Shown: positions 29,058 through 38,509 of the stretch, piece after piece
Layout: each line of letters opens with the position of its first letter
Position numbering within the stretch: position 1 is the stretch's first letter
Assembly (NCBI GenBank): GCA_965220745.1
Contig: CBDCQT010000010.1
Location: 544,001 to 608,000 of the forward strand
Source of the DNA: Alphaproteobacteria bacterium
Lineage (GTDB): Bacteria; Pseudomonadota; Alphaproteobacteria; UBA828
Reading direction: 5' to 3'
DNA length: 64,000 bases
The notes under the pieces: generated by a model
The model's input: the letters and a program-made list of their open reading frames with translations, nothing else
Told to the model about the DNA's origin: nothing
Databases searched by the model: none
Position numbers and translations under genes: made by a program

Positions 29058-29788
29058 CCCTCGAATACGACGGCACCGGCTTCGTCGGCTGGCAATACCA
29101 AGGCGACGGGCGCTCGGTGCAGGAGGCGCTGGAGCGGGCAGTCGAGCGCTTCTGCGGCGAGCAGGTTCGGGTGCATGGCGCGGGCCGCACCGATTCCGGC
29201 GTTCACGCGTTGGGCCAGTGCTGCCATCTGGATCTCGCCCGGCAAACCGAGCCCAACGTGCTGCGCGATGCGATCAACGCACACCTGCGGCCTGCGCCGG
29301 CCGTCGTTCTCGACACGGTCGAGGCATCGCCCGACTTCGATGCGCGGCGGGACGCCACGATGCGCGTCTATCTCTATCGGATCGTCAATCGAAAGACGCC
29401 GCTCGCGATCGCGAAAGACCGCGCCTGGCACATCGCGCGACCGCTCGATGCGAGCGCCATGGCCGAGGCCGCGCGGCTGCTGAAAGGCACCCACGACTTC
29501 ACGACATTTCGCGCCGCCAAGTGCCAGGCGGACTCCCCGGTCCGAACCCTGAAGAGCCTCGCCGTCGCGCGCACTGGAGAGGAGATCGCCGTCCGCGCCT
29601 GGGCGCGCTCCTTCCTGCACCACCAGGTCCGCGCAATTGTGGGCACGCTGGTCGAGGTGGGCGACGGCCGGCGGACGCCGGCAGATGTCGGTGCCGCGCT
29701 TGCGGACCGCGACCGGCGCCGGAGCGGCCCGACGGCGCCGGCCTACGGCCTCTATCTCGAAGCGGTGCTCTATCCGCCGGCGGAGTAG
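29039..29788 (+). CDS. truA: tRNA pseudouridine(38-40) synthase
   Basis: [38 protein letters not shown]. Confidence 0.97.
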   Translation: MPRYKLTLEYDGTGFVGWQYQGDGRSVQEALERAVERFCGEQVRVHGAGRTDSGVHALGQCCHLDLARQTEPNVLRDAINAHLRPAPAVVLDTVEASPDFDARRDATMRVYLYRIVNRKTPLAIAKDRAWHIARPLDASAMAEAARLLKGTHDFTTFRAAKCQADSPVRTLKSLAVARTGEEIAVRAWARSFLHHQVRAIVGTLVEVGDGRRTPADVGAALADRDRRRSGPTAPAYGLYLEAVLYPPAE

Positions 29789-29804
29789 CCGGCGGCGCCG
29801 CTTT

Positions 29805-30248
29805 CTATTTCTTGACCCCGAGCACTTCCCGGGTGCCCGCGATCCCGGTGCGATAGATTCCTTCGACGAACTCGAGGCATTCCGCCTTGGTCTTGCCCTT
29901 CTTTGGCACAAAGCGACTGGTCCACTCCACCTGACTGCGCCGTGAGGTAACCGGCTTCACCTTGATGGTGGCGGTGTAGTCACTAAACGGCACCATGTTG
30001 TCCGGATCGGCGGTGATTGCGTAGACCTGCGTGCGCGTCGCCGTGTCGTACTTCAGCAGCGTTTCGTCGAGCGCGCCCTTCACGCCCTTGACCTTGAGCG
30101 TCCGCACCGTGCCTTTCTTGTTGAGCGTGCTCCGCGTGATGGTGCCTGCCATGATTGCGGTCAGATTGTTGAAGGCCCCGATCTCTCCGAAGACACGGTC
30201 AGCCGGCGCACTGATCTCCTCGACGACCTTCGCGCGCGTGTATGCCAT
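29805..30248 (-). CDS. SRPBCC / polyketide cyclase-dehydrase family protein (MxaD-like)
   Basis: ISAPADRVF..IGAF, GTVRTL, YTATIKV, VEWTSRF, IYRTGI. Confidence 0.75.
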   Translation of the reverse strand: MAYTRAKVVEEISAPADRVFGEIGAFNNLTAIMAGTITRSTLNKKGTVRTLKVKGVKGALDETLLKYDTATRTQVYAITADPDNMVPFSDYTATIKVKPVTSRRSQVEWTSRFVPKKGKTKAECLEFVEGIYRTGIAGTREVLGVKK

Positions 30249-30326
30249 TGCCCGTCCCTCCCCTTTTTATTTGAGACAGCCCGCGATGTTGGACGGAAAG
30301 TTCGGCGAGCGCAATGCGCGATGGAG

Positions 30327-30602
30327 CTATCCGCCGCCGCGCTGGAAGGAGATGTCGAGCCGGGCGAGATGCCCCTCGGGGTCCTCGTAGCCGCTGTAGT
30401 GGAAGCGCGCGGCGAGAACCGGCAGCGCGAGCAGACCGATGCGGCGTTCCGGCCTCGACGAGAACGTGATCTCCAATGTACCGGCTCCTTCGCGGATCGT
30501 GATCGTGTCGCCATGCTCCGAGATGTGGGCCTCCGGGAGCGCGCGGCGCAGCGTGCGCCGGAACTCGTGGCGCTCGATCGCCATCTCCTTCTCGAAGATC
30601 AC
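30327..30602 (-). CDS. Small AOR-associated hypothetical protein ending in FQRGGG
   Basis: 91 aa, host-like codon usage, last gene of the aor run, C-terminal Gly-Gly. Confidence 0.7.
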   Translation of the reverse strand: MIFEKEMAIERHEFRRTLRRALPEAHISEHGDTITIREGAGTLEITFSSRPERRIGLLALPVLAARFHYSGYEDPEGHLARLDISFQRGGG

Positions 30603-30644
30603 GGGCTCGGACGTGCGACGGGGACTCGTGCCGATCTCGCCAGT

Positions 30645-30896
30645 CTAACCGCCGGCTACGGGCGGCCAGACCGCCAGCGTGTCGTTCTCGTTCAGCGCGT
30701 GGGAGCCGCGCTCGCTCGGCTCCACGTAGATGCCGTTCACCAGCACGATGGAGCAGTACTGGCGGGGCAGGTTGAACCTGGCGAAGACATCCTCGGGCGT
30801 GGTCCCGTCGTCCAGGTCGAGCTCCACCTGGTTGTCCACGGCGCCGGCGGGGAGATAGTCGCTCAGCAGGGCGTAGAGCTTGACGGTCACCTTCAT
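30645..30896 (-). CDS. MoaD/ThiS family sulfur carrier
   Basis: MKVTVKLYALL..VLVNG..LAVWPPVAGG. Confidence 0.92.
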   Translation of the reverse strand: MKVTVKLYALLSDYLPAGAVDNQVELDLDDGTTPEDVFARFNLPRQYCSIVLVNGIYVEPSERGSHALNENDTLAVWPPVAGG

Positions 30897-30947
30897 GGCG
30901 TGTTCGCGGCGTCTCCAGCGTGGCGCCGTGATCGCGGCCGTCGCGGC

Positions 30948-32195
30948 TCAGGTCTGGCTGTGGGCGACGTAGGCCTCCATTACGCGGTGCGGGTTCTCCT
31001 GCAGCCTCTCTTTCCAGTCGCCGAGCGCCGTCTCGTTCTGGATCAGGCCGCGGATCACCCCCACGTGGTCGGTCAGCCCGATGCCGAGCGCGCCGACCAG
31101 ATGGTCGCCCTCGAATTCCAGCCGGAGGTACTTGTACCCGTCCTCGTCCACGGCGACGCCGCTGTCGCCGCCGGCAACGCCTTCCCAGCTGCCGAACGAG
31201 CTTGAGACGAGCCCGACCGTGGCGAGCACGTTCATGTTGAGGCTGCCCTTGTAGTGCGCGTTCTGCCCCAGCATGTTGAGCGCTGCGATACGGCCGTGTT
31301 CGGTCGCGGTCGGCTGGATCGCGTGCACCGAGTATTCGCCCGTGGAGAAGTCGAGGCCCTGGGCCACGTCGCCGGCGGCGAACACGCCCTTGGCACTGGA
31401 CTCCAAGTGCTGATCGACGAGCACGCCGTGATCGGTCTTGATCCCGCTCCCTTCCAGGAAGCCGATGTTGGGTGCGACACCGACCGCAAGCACGACCAGA
31501 TGGGCGTCGATCTTCTCGCCGCTGTCCAGCACCACCGCCTTGTCGCCGCCCGCGCCGGAAGCCGCCTCGATGCCCGCGACCCGCGTCGAGGTGAGCACGC
31601 GGATATTCTTGGCCCCGCACCAGCGTTGCAGCATGCCGCCGGCGGTCTCGTCCATCATGCGCGAGACCATGCGGTCTTCCATCTCGACCACGGTGAGGTT
31701 GCCGCAGCGCTTGGCGAGCGCCTCCAGGATGATGCAGCCGATGAAGCCCGCGCCGATCAGCACGACGTTGGCGTCTTCGTTGAGCAACTTGGCGATCCCG
31801 CGGCAATCTTCGAGGGTCCAGCAGTTGTGCACGCCGGGCAGGTCGAGGCCGGGCACCGGCGGGCTGAGCGGGGTCGCGCCGGTGGAGATCAGCAGGCGGT
31901 CGTAGGAGACACTCTCGCCGCCGCTGAGGGTGAGCGTGCCGTCCGCCGCTGTCACGGATTCCGCCCGCCCCTGGCGATACTGGATGCCGAGGCCCTCGTA
32001 GTGGCCGTCGGTCTTGCGGAGGTAGGTCCCGCTTTGCTCGATCATTCCCTCGAGGACGTAAGGGATCGCCATCCGCGAATAGGGAGGCTCCGGCTCGTCG
32101 CCGATGAGAACGATGTCGGCGTTCCGGTCGCCCTTGCGCAAGGTTTCGGCTGCGACCACGCCGGCCGGGCCGGCACCCACGATCACATGCTGCAT
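30948..32195 (-). CDS. aorC: FAD/NAD(P)-dependent oxidoreductase (AorC-like subunit)
   Basis: [38 protein letters not shown]; position after aorB. Confidence 0.8.
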   Translation of the reverse strand: MQHVIVGAGPAGVVAAETLRKGDRNADIVLIGDEPEPPYSRMAIPYVLEGMIEQSGTYLRKTDGHYEGLGIQYRQGRAESVTAADGTLTLSGGESVSYDRLLISTGATPLSPPVPGLDLPGVHNCWTLEDCRGIAKLLNEDANVVLIGAGFIGCIILEALAKRCGNLTVVEMEDRMVSRMMDETAGGMLQRWCGAKNIRVLTSTRVAGIEAASGAGGDKAVVLDSGEKIDAHLVVLAVGVAPNIGFLEGSGIKTDHGVLVDQHLESSAKGVFAAGDVAQGLDFSTGEYSVHAIQPTATEHGRIAALNMLGQNAHYKGSLNMNVLATVGLVSSSFGSWEGVAGGDSGVAVDEDGYKYLRLEFEGDHLVGALGIGLTDHVGVIRGLIQNETALGDWKERLQENPHRVMEAYVAHSQT

Positions 32196-32367
32196 GTTGG
32201 CTCCCGCTTGGCTGTTCGCGCCGTCCCTTGCGCCCGCGCCCGTGCGCGGCAGGGAATGGCCCGTTTCGTCGCGTTCAGTGCCGTCTTCTCCGATACAAGC
32301 CGGGGGGCCGACGCCCTGTTCAGCGCGCGCGGCCCCCCGCCGTCACAAGAGTAACGAACGATGCGGG

Positions 32368-34212
32368 CTAGAGCGCTAGGCGCTCCACCGTCTCGTTGCT
32401 GGGCACGCCCTCGTCGGTCCAGCCGCGCACCTCGTAGTATTCCGGCAGCATCTGGTCGAGGCCGTTGGTGAGGCCTTCGGCCGGGCCGGTCTTCGCCGCG
32501 TCCTTGAGCAGACGCGCGGGCAGGTTGTCGTCCTTGCCCGTGAAGCCCGCCGCACAGTTGTACTGCCGCTCCAGGTTCCAGACCCGCTCGCCGACTTCCA
32601 GCAGCTTCTCCGCCGTCCAGTCGCCCTCGCAGGCCGCGTTGATCTGCGGTGCGATGTCATCGAGCGACCAGGCGAAGGTGGTGAAGACGCAAAGGCCGGA
32701 GGAATCGACCGCCGAGGTCGCGTCCTGGAAGGCCTTGACCAAACCGGCCTTGCCTTCGGTCACGTGCGGGTCGGTCTTCTCCGGCACGCCCAGGATCTCG
32801 GACGAGACGGTGTAGGCCCGCAGGTGGCAGGCGCCCCGGTTCGCGGTGGCGTAGGCCAGGCCCATGCCCTGGATGCCGCGCGAATCGTAGGCCGGGAACT
32901 CCTGGCCCTTGACCGACATCGAAAGCTCCGGCTTGCCGTACTTCTCGCAGAGCCGCTTGGAGCCGAGGCCGATCTCGGCCCCAAAACCCTCGCCCTTGCC
33001 GGTGAGCTCGGCGAGGTCGGTCAGCGCCTTGGCGGAGCCGAACTTGCATTCGATGCCGCCGGTCTCGGCGTCGCCGATGACGCCTTCCTCGTAGAGCTCC
33101 ATGGCAGCGCCGACGGTGGCACCGAAGGAGATCGGGTCGATGCCCTGCTCGTTGCAGATGAAGTTGGCGAAGGTGAGCGCGTCGAGATCGTCCACGCCCG
33201 TTGCCGCGCCCAGCGCCCAGGCCGCCTCGTACTCGAGGCCACCGGAGGCGATCTGGTACTCGGGCCGCTCGGCCACCGTGTAGTGGCTGCGCTCGACCGT
33301 GGAGACCCGCCCGCAGGCGATGGTGCAGCCGAAGCAGGCGGCATTGGTCACCAGATTCGGCTTGCCGTCGGCGCGGGGCTCGGCCATCGCCTCGGCCGAG
33401 ATGTTCTTCGCGCCCTCGAACTGCACGTCCCGATGGTTGCGGGTGGGCAGCGCGCCGACCTCGTTGATGACGTTCATCAGCACCTGGGTGCCGTAGGCCG
33501 GCAGGCCCTGGCCGGTGACGGCGTTGTCCGCGAGGGTCTGCTTGCCCTCGGCGGTCGCCTGCATGAAGGAACCGACATCCTCGACCGAGACACCCAGGGT
33601 GCCACGGATCGCCACGGCCTTGAGGTTCTTCGATCCCATCACCGTGCCGACGCCGGAGCGCCCGGCGGCCCGGTGCATGTCGTTCACCACGCAGGCGAAC
33701 TTCACGCCAGCCTCGCCGGCGACGCCGATGGAGGCGACGCGGATCAGCGGGTCCTGATGCTTGGCCTTGATCCCCTCCTCGGTATCCCAGACCGACTTGC
33801 CCCAGAACTCGCCGGCATCGATCAGCTGGACGTTGTCGTTCTCCACCAGGAGGTAGACCGGGTTCGGCGACCTGCCCTCGAAGATGATCATGTCGTAGCC
33901 GGCGTTCTTCATCTCATTGCCGAAGAAGCCGCCGGAATTCGAGCACGCGATGGCGCCGGTGAGCGCGCCCTTGGTCACGACCGAATAGCGCCCGGCCGTC
34001 GACGCGCAGGTGCCGGTCAACGGGCCGGTGGTCATGATCATCTTGTTATCGGGCGAGAGCGGATCGACCCTGGGGTCGGTCTCCTCGACCAGATACTTCG
34101 TCGCGAGCCCCCGCTGGCCCAGGTACTTCTGGGCCCAATCCATGTTCAACGGCTCGTTTGTGCAGGTGCCCTCGGTGAGGTTCACCCGCAGCACGTTCCT
34201 TGCCCATGCCAT
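32368..34212 (-). CDS. aorB: Tungsten-containing aldehyde oxidoreductase catalytic subunit
   Basis: RAAGRSGVGTVMGSKNLKA, ACFGCTIACGR, LEYE, VKGQEFPAYDSR, RGACHL, EYYEVRGW. Confidence 0.93.
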   Translation of the reverse strand: MAWARNVLRVNLTEGTCTNEPLNMDWAQKYLGQRGLATKYLVEETDPRVDPLSPDNKMIMTTGPLTGTCASTAGRYSVVTKGALTGAIACSNSGGFFGNEMKNAGYDMIIFEGRSPNPVYLLVENDNVQLIDAGEFWGKSVWDTEEGIKAKHQDPLIRVASIGVAGEAGVKFACVVNDMHRAAGRSGVGTVMGSKNLKAVAIRGTLGVSVEDVGSFMQATAEGKQTLADNAVTGQGLPAYGTQVLMNVINEVGALPTRNHRDVQFEGAKNISAEAMAEPRADGKPNLVTNAACFGCTIACGRVSTVERSHYTVAERPEYQIASGGLEYEAAWALGAATGVDDLDALTFANFICNEQGIDPISFGATVGAAMELYEEGVIGDAETGGIECKFGSAKALTDLAELTGKGEGFGAEIGLGSKRLCEKYGKPELSMSVKGQEFPAYDSRGIQGMGLAYATANRGACHLRAYTVSSEILGVPEKTDPHVTEGKAGLVKAFQDATSAVDSSGLCVFTTFAWSLDDIAPQINAACEGDWTAEKLLEVGERVWNLERQYNCAAGFTGKDDNLPARLLKDAAKTGPAEGLTNGLDQMLPEYYEVRGWTDEGVPSNETVERLAL

Positions 34213-34224
34213 GACGAGTCCTCC

Positions 34225-34704
34225 CTAGGCCTCGGCCTGCGCGCCGGCGTCGGTCTTGGCCGCCCACTGACGCATACGATCCAGGCCGGTCCAGTTCGCG
34301 TCCACATAGGTGATTGCCGCGGTCGGGCACGCCTTGGCGCACTCGGGATCGCCGCCGCAGAGATCGCACTTGATCACCTTGCCGGTGGACGCGTTGTAGT
34401 TCACGGTCCCGAAGGGGCAGGCGATGGTACAGACCTTGCAGCCCACGCAGAGCGCGTCCGAGACCACCTTGGCGCCGGTTTCGGCATCCAGCGTGATCGC
34501 ATCGACCGGGCAGGCCTGCATGCACCACGCCTCGTCGCACTGGGTGCAGGTGTAGGGGACCATCCGCCCCTGATCGTGGAAGTTGAACACCTTGATGCGA
34601 GACTTGGCGGGGTTGAACACCCCCTCATTCACGTGAGAGCAGGCCAGCTCGCATTGCAGGCATCCGGTACACTTGTCCGGGTCGATATGAAGCGATTTCT
34701 GCAC
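34225..34704 (-). CDS. aorA: Four-cluster [4Fe-4S] polyferredoxin subunit
   Basis: CTGCLQCELAC, CTQC..CMQACP, CVGCKVCTIACP, KCDLC..CAKACP. Confidence 0.88.
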   Translation of the reverse strand: MQKSLHIDPDKCTGCLQCELACSHVNEGVFNPAKSRIKVFNFHDQGRMVPYTCTQCDEAWCMQACPVDAITLDAETGAKVVSDALCVGCKVCTIACPFGTVNYNASTGKVIKCDLCGGDPECAKACPTAAITYVDANWTGLDRMRQWAAKTDAGAQAEA

Positions 34705-34828
34705 GTTCGTTACCCCCTTCGCGCCTCTCAGGCGCTCACCGACACTCTACACCACAAGACGCCCGCCTTGCACCGGGCGAAGTGCGCCTTGGTATGACAG
34801 GCGGTTATATGACTCATTCTCGAACCGC

Positions 34829-35302
34829 CTAGCCTGCCATCGCCTCGGCGCCCGCGGCGATGGCCTTCACGATATTGTGGTAGCCGGTACACCGGCAGAA
34901 GTTGCCCTCCAGATAGGAGCGAATCTCCGCCTCGCTCGGCTTGCCGTTGCGCTTCACCAGGTCGAGCGCGCACATCACCATGCCGGGCGTACAGAAGCCG
35001 CACTGCAGCGCGTGGTGCTCCTTGAACGCCGCCTGCATGGGATGGAGCGTGTCGCCGTTGGCCACGCCCTCGATGGTGAGCACGTCCGCGCCGTCCGCCT
35101 GGACCGCCAGCATGGTGCAGGCCTTCACGCACTCGCCATCGACGTGCACGTTGCAGGCCCCGCACTGGCTCGTGTCGCAGCCGACATGGGTGCCGGTGAG
35201 GCCGAGATCGTAGCGCAGGAACTCGACGAGCAAGGTGCGGGTCGACACCTCGCGGGCGACCTCGTCGCCATTGACGGTCATCTTGACCTGCGCCTCGGGC
35301 AC
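34829..35302 (-). CDS. (2Fe-2S)-binding small subunit, CoxS/XdhA-like
   Basis: [35 protein letters not shown]. Confidence 0.92.
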   Translation of the reverse strand: MPEAQVKMTVNGDEVAREVSTRTLLVEFLRYDLGLTGTHVGCDTSQCGACNVHVDGECVKACTMLAVQADGADVLTIEGVANGDTLHPMQAAFKEHHALQCGFCTPGMVMCALDLVKRNGKPSEAEIRSYLEGNFCRCTGYHNIVKAIAAGAEAMAG

Positions 35303-35469
35303 GCTACCCCCCAACCCGTGAATCGCGTCTGGCGGAGAGAATAACCGCGGCCAGCATGGCGGACAAAGCGTTTGTGCCACGTGCTCGTACCGCCTGTAGC
35401 CAGTGGCGCGACCCTGACCTCGCAGGTATAGGAAGGCCGGGAGACGAGAGACGGGAGCGGGGCTCGACC

Positions 35470-37008
35470 ATGAACATTGCGGCGCTGCTGGCGAAGACCG
35501 CGCGGAGCCTACCCGAACAGCCGGCGGTCTCGCTCGGCGACGAGGTCACCGCGCGCTACGGCACGCTTCACGAACGGGCCGGGGCGATCGCGGGCGCGCT
35601 GCGCTCGGTGCACGGGCTGACCCCCGGCGCGCGGGTCGCCATCGTCATGGCGAACCGGACGGACTACCTGGAAGCGCTGTTCGGCATCTGGTACGCAGGG
35701 CTCGTCGCGGTCCCGGTCAACGCCAAGCTGCACCCGCGCGAGGTCGCCTACATCCTGGGCAATTCGGGGACCCGGCTCTGCATCGCCGACGAAGGCCACG
35801 CAGACGGGATCGAGAGCGTGCGGGACGAGGTGCCGGGCCTTGCCGCGCCGCTGGTCGCGGGTTCCGACGACTGGCGCGCCATGCTCGGCCACGATGCGGA
35901 AGGCCCCTCCGCAGCCCGACCCGACGATCCCGCCTGGCTCTTCTACACCAGCGGCACCACGGGCCGGCCCAAGGGCGCGACCATCACTCACCGCAACCTG
36001 ATGATGATGACGCTGAGCTACTTCGCCGACCTCAACCCAATCGCGCCCGACGATTGCGTGCTGCACGCGGCGCCGCTCTCCCACGGCTCGGGCCTCTACG
36101 CGCTGCCCTTCATCGCCAAGGGCGCCAACAACGTGATTCCCGAGAGCGGCGGCTTCGAGCCGGCGGAGGTTCTCAACCTGATCGAGCAGCACCCCGGCCT
36201 CAGCATGTTCGCAGCGCCCACCATGGTGGTGCGGCTGCTGGACAGCCCGGCGCTTGCCGACGCTGACACCGCCAACCTCGACCTCATCATCTATGGCGGC
36301 GGCCCGATGTATGTCGCCGACGTGGAACGCGCGCTCGCGGCCTTCGGCCCCAAGCTCGCCCAGATCTATGGACAGGGCGAGAGCCCGATGACGATTACCG
36401 CGCTCTCCCGCGCCTATCACGAAGACAGGAATCACCCGCGCTATCGCGAGCGCCTGGGCTCGGCCGGGATCGCGCGCACGGATGTCGAGGTGCGCGTCGT
36501 CGACGAAGAGGACCGCCCCCTCCCTGCGGGAGAGAGCGGCGAGATCATCGTGCGCGGCGACGTCGTGATACCGGGCTATTGGGAGAATCCGGAGGCCACC
36601 GCGAGCGCGCTCAAGGGCAGCTGGCTGCACACCGGCGATGTCGGCCGCTTCGACGAGGACGGCTTTCTCACCCTGCTCGACCGCGCCAAGGACATGATCA
36701 TCTCAGGCGGGACCAACATTTACCCGCGCGAGATCGAGGAGGTCCTGCTGCGCGACGAGGCAGTGCGCGAGGCGGCGGTCGTCGGCCGCGCGCATCCCGA
36801 GTGGGGGGAGGAGGTGGTCGCCTTCGTCGTGCCCCACGACGGCCAGAGCGTCACCGAAGACCGGCTCGACCGGCTCTGCCTGGAGAGCATCGCCCGCTTC
36901 AAGCGCCCGCGCGCCTACCGCATCGTGGACGGCCTGCCCAAGAACAACTACGGCAAGGTGCTCAAGCGCACGCTGCGCGAGGAGCTGGAGGCGGAGGGCA
37001 GAGCGTAG
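35470..37008 (+). CDS. AMP-binding acyl-CoA synthetase
   Basis: [42 protein letters not shown]. Confidence 0.93.
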   Translation: MNIAALLAKTARSLPEQPAVSLGDEVTARYGTLHERAGAIAGALRSVHGLTPGARVAIVMANRTDYLEALFGIWYAGLVAVPVNAKLHPREVAYILGNSGTRLCIADEGHADGIESVRDEVPGLAAPLVAGSDDWRAMLGHDAEGPSAARPDDPAWLFYTSGTTGRPKGATITHRNLMMMTLSYFADLNPIAPDDCVLHAAPLSHGSGLYALPFIAKGANNVIPESGGFEPAEVLNLIEQHPGLSMFAAPTMVVRLLDSPALADADTANLDLIIYGGGPMYVADVERALAAFGPKLAQIYGQGESPMTITALSRAYHEDRNHPRYRERLGSAGIARTDVEVRVVDEEDRPLPAGESGEIIVRGDVVIPGYWENPEATASALKGSWLHTGDVGRFDEDGFLTLLDRAKDMIISGGTNIYPREIEEVLLRDEAVREAAVVGRAHPEWGEEVVAFVVPHDGQSVTEDRLDRLCLESIARFKRPRAYRIVDGLPKNNYGKVLKRTLREELEAEGRA

Positions 37009-37161
37009 CCCATGATATTTCTATGCAAAACATAGTGTTACACGAAATTGGGTTCGTTTTGTAATTTTCGATTTCGCGTCCCTCCCCGACTTCCCGCGCT
37101 GCGGGTGACGCGCGCGGAGGAGCATCGACGCCTGTAACGCTGCCTCGGCGAGAAATCCACC

Positions 37162-38493
37162 CTACCCTGGTGCATAAGGGTTCTTGCCGGCGCGCAGGAG
37201 GAGGCGAATCGGCACGCCGGCGAGGCCGAATTCGGCACCGATCCCGTTCACCAGATAGCGGCGGTAACTCTCTGGCAAGGCCTGCGGCTTGCTCGCGAAG
37301 AGGGCGAAGGTGGGCGGCCTGGCCTTCACCTGGGTGATGTAGCGGAGCCTGAGCCTTCGGCCGGCCGCGAGCGGCGGCGGATGGTGGGCGACCGCTCCTT
37401 CCAGCCAGCGGTTGAGCTGGGCGGTGGGCACGCGGCGATTCCAGGTATCGAAGGCGGCGAGCACCGCCGGCATGATGCCGTCGATCCCCGCGCCGGTCAG
37501 CGCCGAGCAGGTCACCACCGGAACCCCTTTCACCTGCGCCAGTGCGGTCTCCAGCCGGTCCTGGATGGCAGCGCGGGCGGCCGCACGATTCCGCACCAGG
37601 TCCCACTTGTTGAGCACGATGACGACGGCCCGGCCTTCGTCTGCCGCGCGGGCGGCAATCGCCATGTCCTGCCGGCCGGCGGGATCGGTGGCGTCGAACA
37701 CGACGAGCACCACCGCCGCCTGGCCCAGCGCCCGTTCGGCATCGCGCGCGGAGAGTTTGTCGAGCGTCGCCACGGTCTTGGCGCGGCGGCGCAGGCCGGC
37801 CGTGTCCACCAGCTCGACCGCGCGGCCTTCATAGGACCAGCGCACGGCGATCGAATCCCGCGTGAGCCCCGGCTCCGCGCCGGTGATGACCCGCGCCTCG
37901 CCCACCAGCTGGTTGAGCAACGTCGACTTGCCGACATTGGGGCGGCCGACGATGGCGAGCCGGAGCACGTCGTCCACACGGGCTGCCTCCGCCGACGCCT
38001 CGGAATCGAAGGGGCTGAGTGCGTCATAGAGGTCCGCGAGGCCCTCGCCGTGCTCGGCCGAGATCGGGATCGGCTGCCCGAGCCCGAGGGCATAACCCTC
38101 GGCGACCCCACTCTCGGCTGCGCCGCCCTCGCACTTGTTGACCGCCAGGATGATCGGTACGTGCAGCCGCCGCAGCTGCTTCGCGAAGAACTCGTCCGCC
38201 GGCGTCACCCCTGCCCGCCCGTCGATCAGAAGCAGCGCGGCGTCGGCCTCTTCCAACGCTCGTTCGGTCTGCGCCATCATGCGGCCGGCGATGGTCTCTA
38301 GCGCCGCTTCCTCGAGCCCGGCGGTGTCGATGGCGCGGAACCTGAGCGGGCCGATGCGCGCCCAGCCTTCGCGCCGGTCCCGCGTTACGCCGGGCGTCGG
38401 CGCGACGAGCGCCGCGCGCCGGCCGACCAGCCGGTTGAAGAGCGTCGACTTGCCGACGTTGGGGCGTCCCACGATGGCAACGGTGAAGGCCAC
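37162..38493 (-). CDS. der: Ribosome biogenesis GTPase Der (EngA)
   Basis: Two GRPNVGKSTL P-loops, DTAGL twice, NKCE/NKWD, C-terminal KH-like domain. Confidence 0.97.
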   Translation of the reverse strand: MAFTVAIVGRPNVGKSTLFNRLVGRRAALVAPTPGVTRDRREGWARIGPLRFRAIDTAGLEEAALETIAGRMMAQTERALEEADAALLLIDGRAGVTPADEFFAKQLRRLHVPIILAVNKCEGGAAESGVAEGYALGLGQPIPISAEHGEGLADLYDALSPFDSEASAEAARVDDVLRLAIVGRPNVGKSTLLNQLVGEARVITGAEPGLTRDSIAVRWSYEGRAVELVDTAGLRRRAKTVATLDKLSARDAERALGQAAVVLVVFDATDPAGRQDMAIAARAADEGRAVVIVLNKWDLVRNRAAARAAIQDRLETALAQVKGVPVVTCSALTGAGIDGIMPAVLAAFDTWNRRVPTAQLNRWLEGAVAHHPPPLAAGRRLRLRYITQVKARPPTFALFASKPQALPESYRRYLVNGIGAEFGLAGVPIRLLLRAGKNPYAPG

Positions 38494-38509
38494 AGGCCCG
38501 GCCTCAGCC

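Noticed and set aside
34801-34828. GCGGTTATAT..AACCGC as a ModE/tungstate-regulator box upstream of aorA
   Set aside because: Only one half-site resembles CGnTATATA and the dyad is just 6 bp; insufficient support
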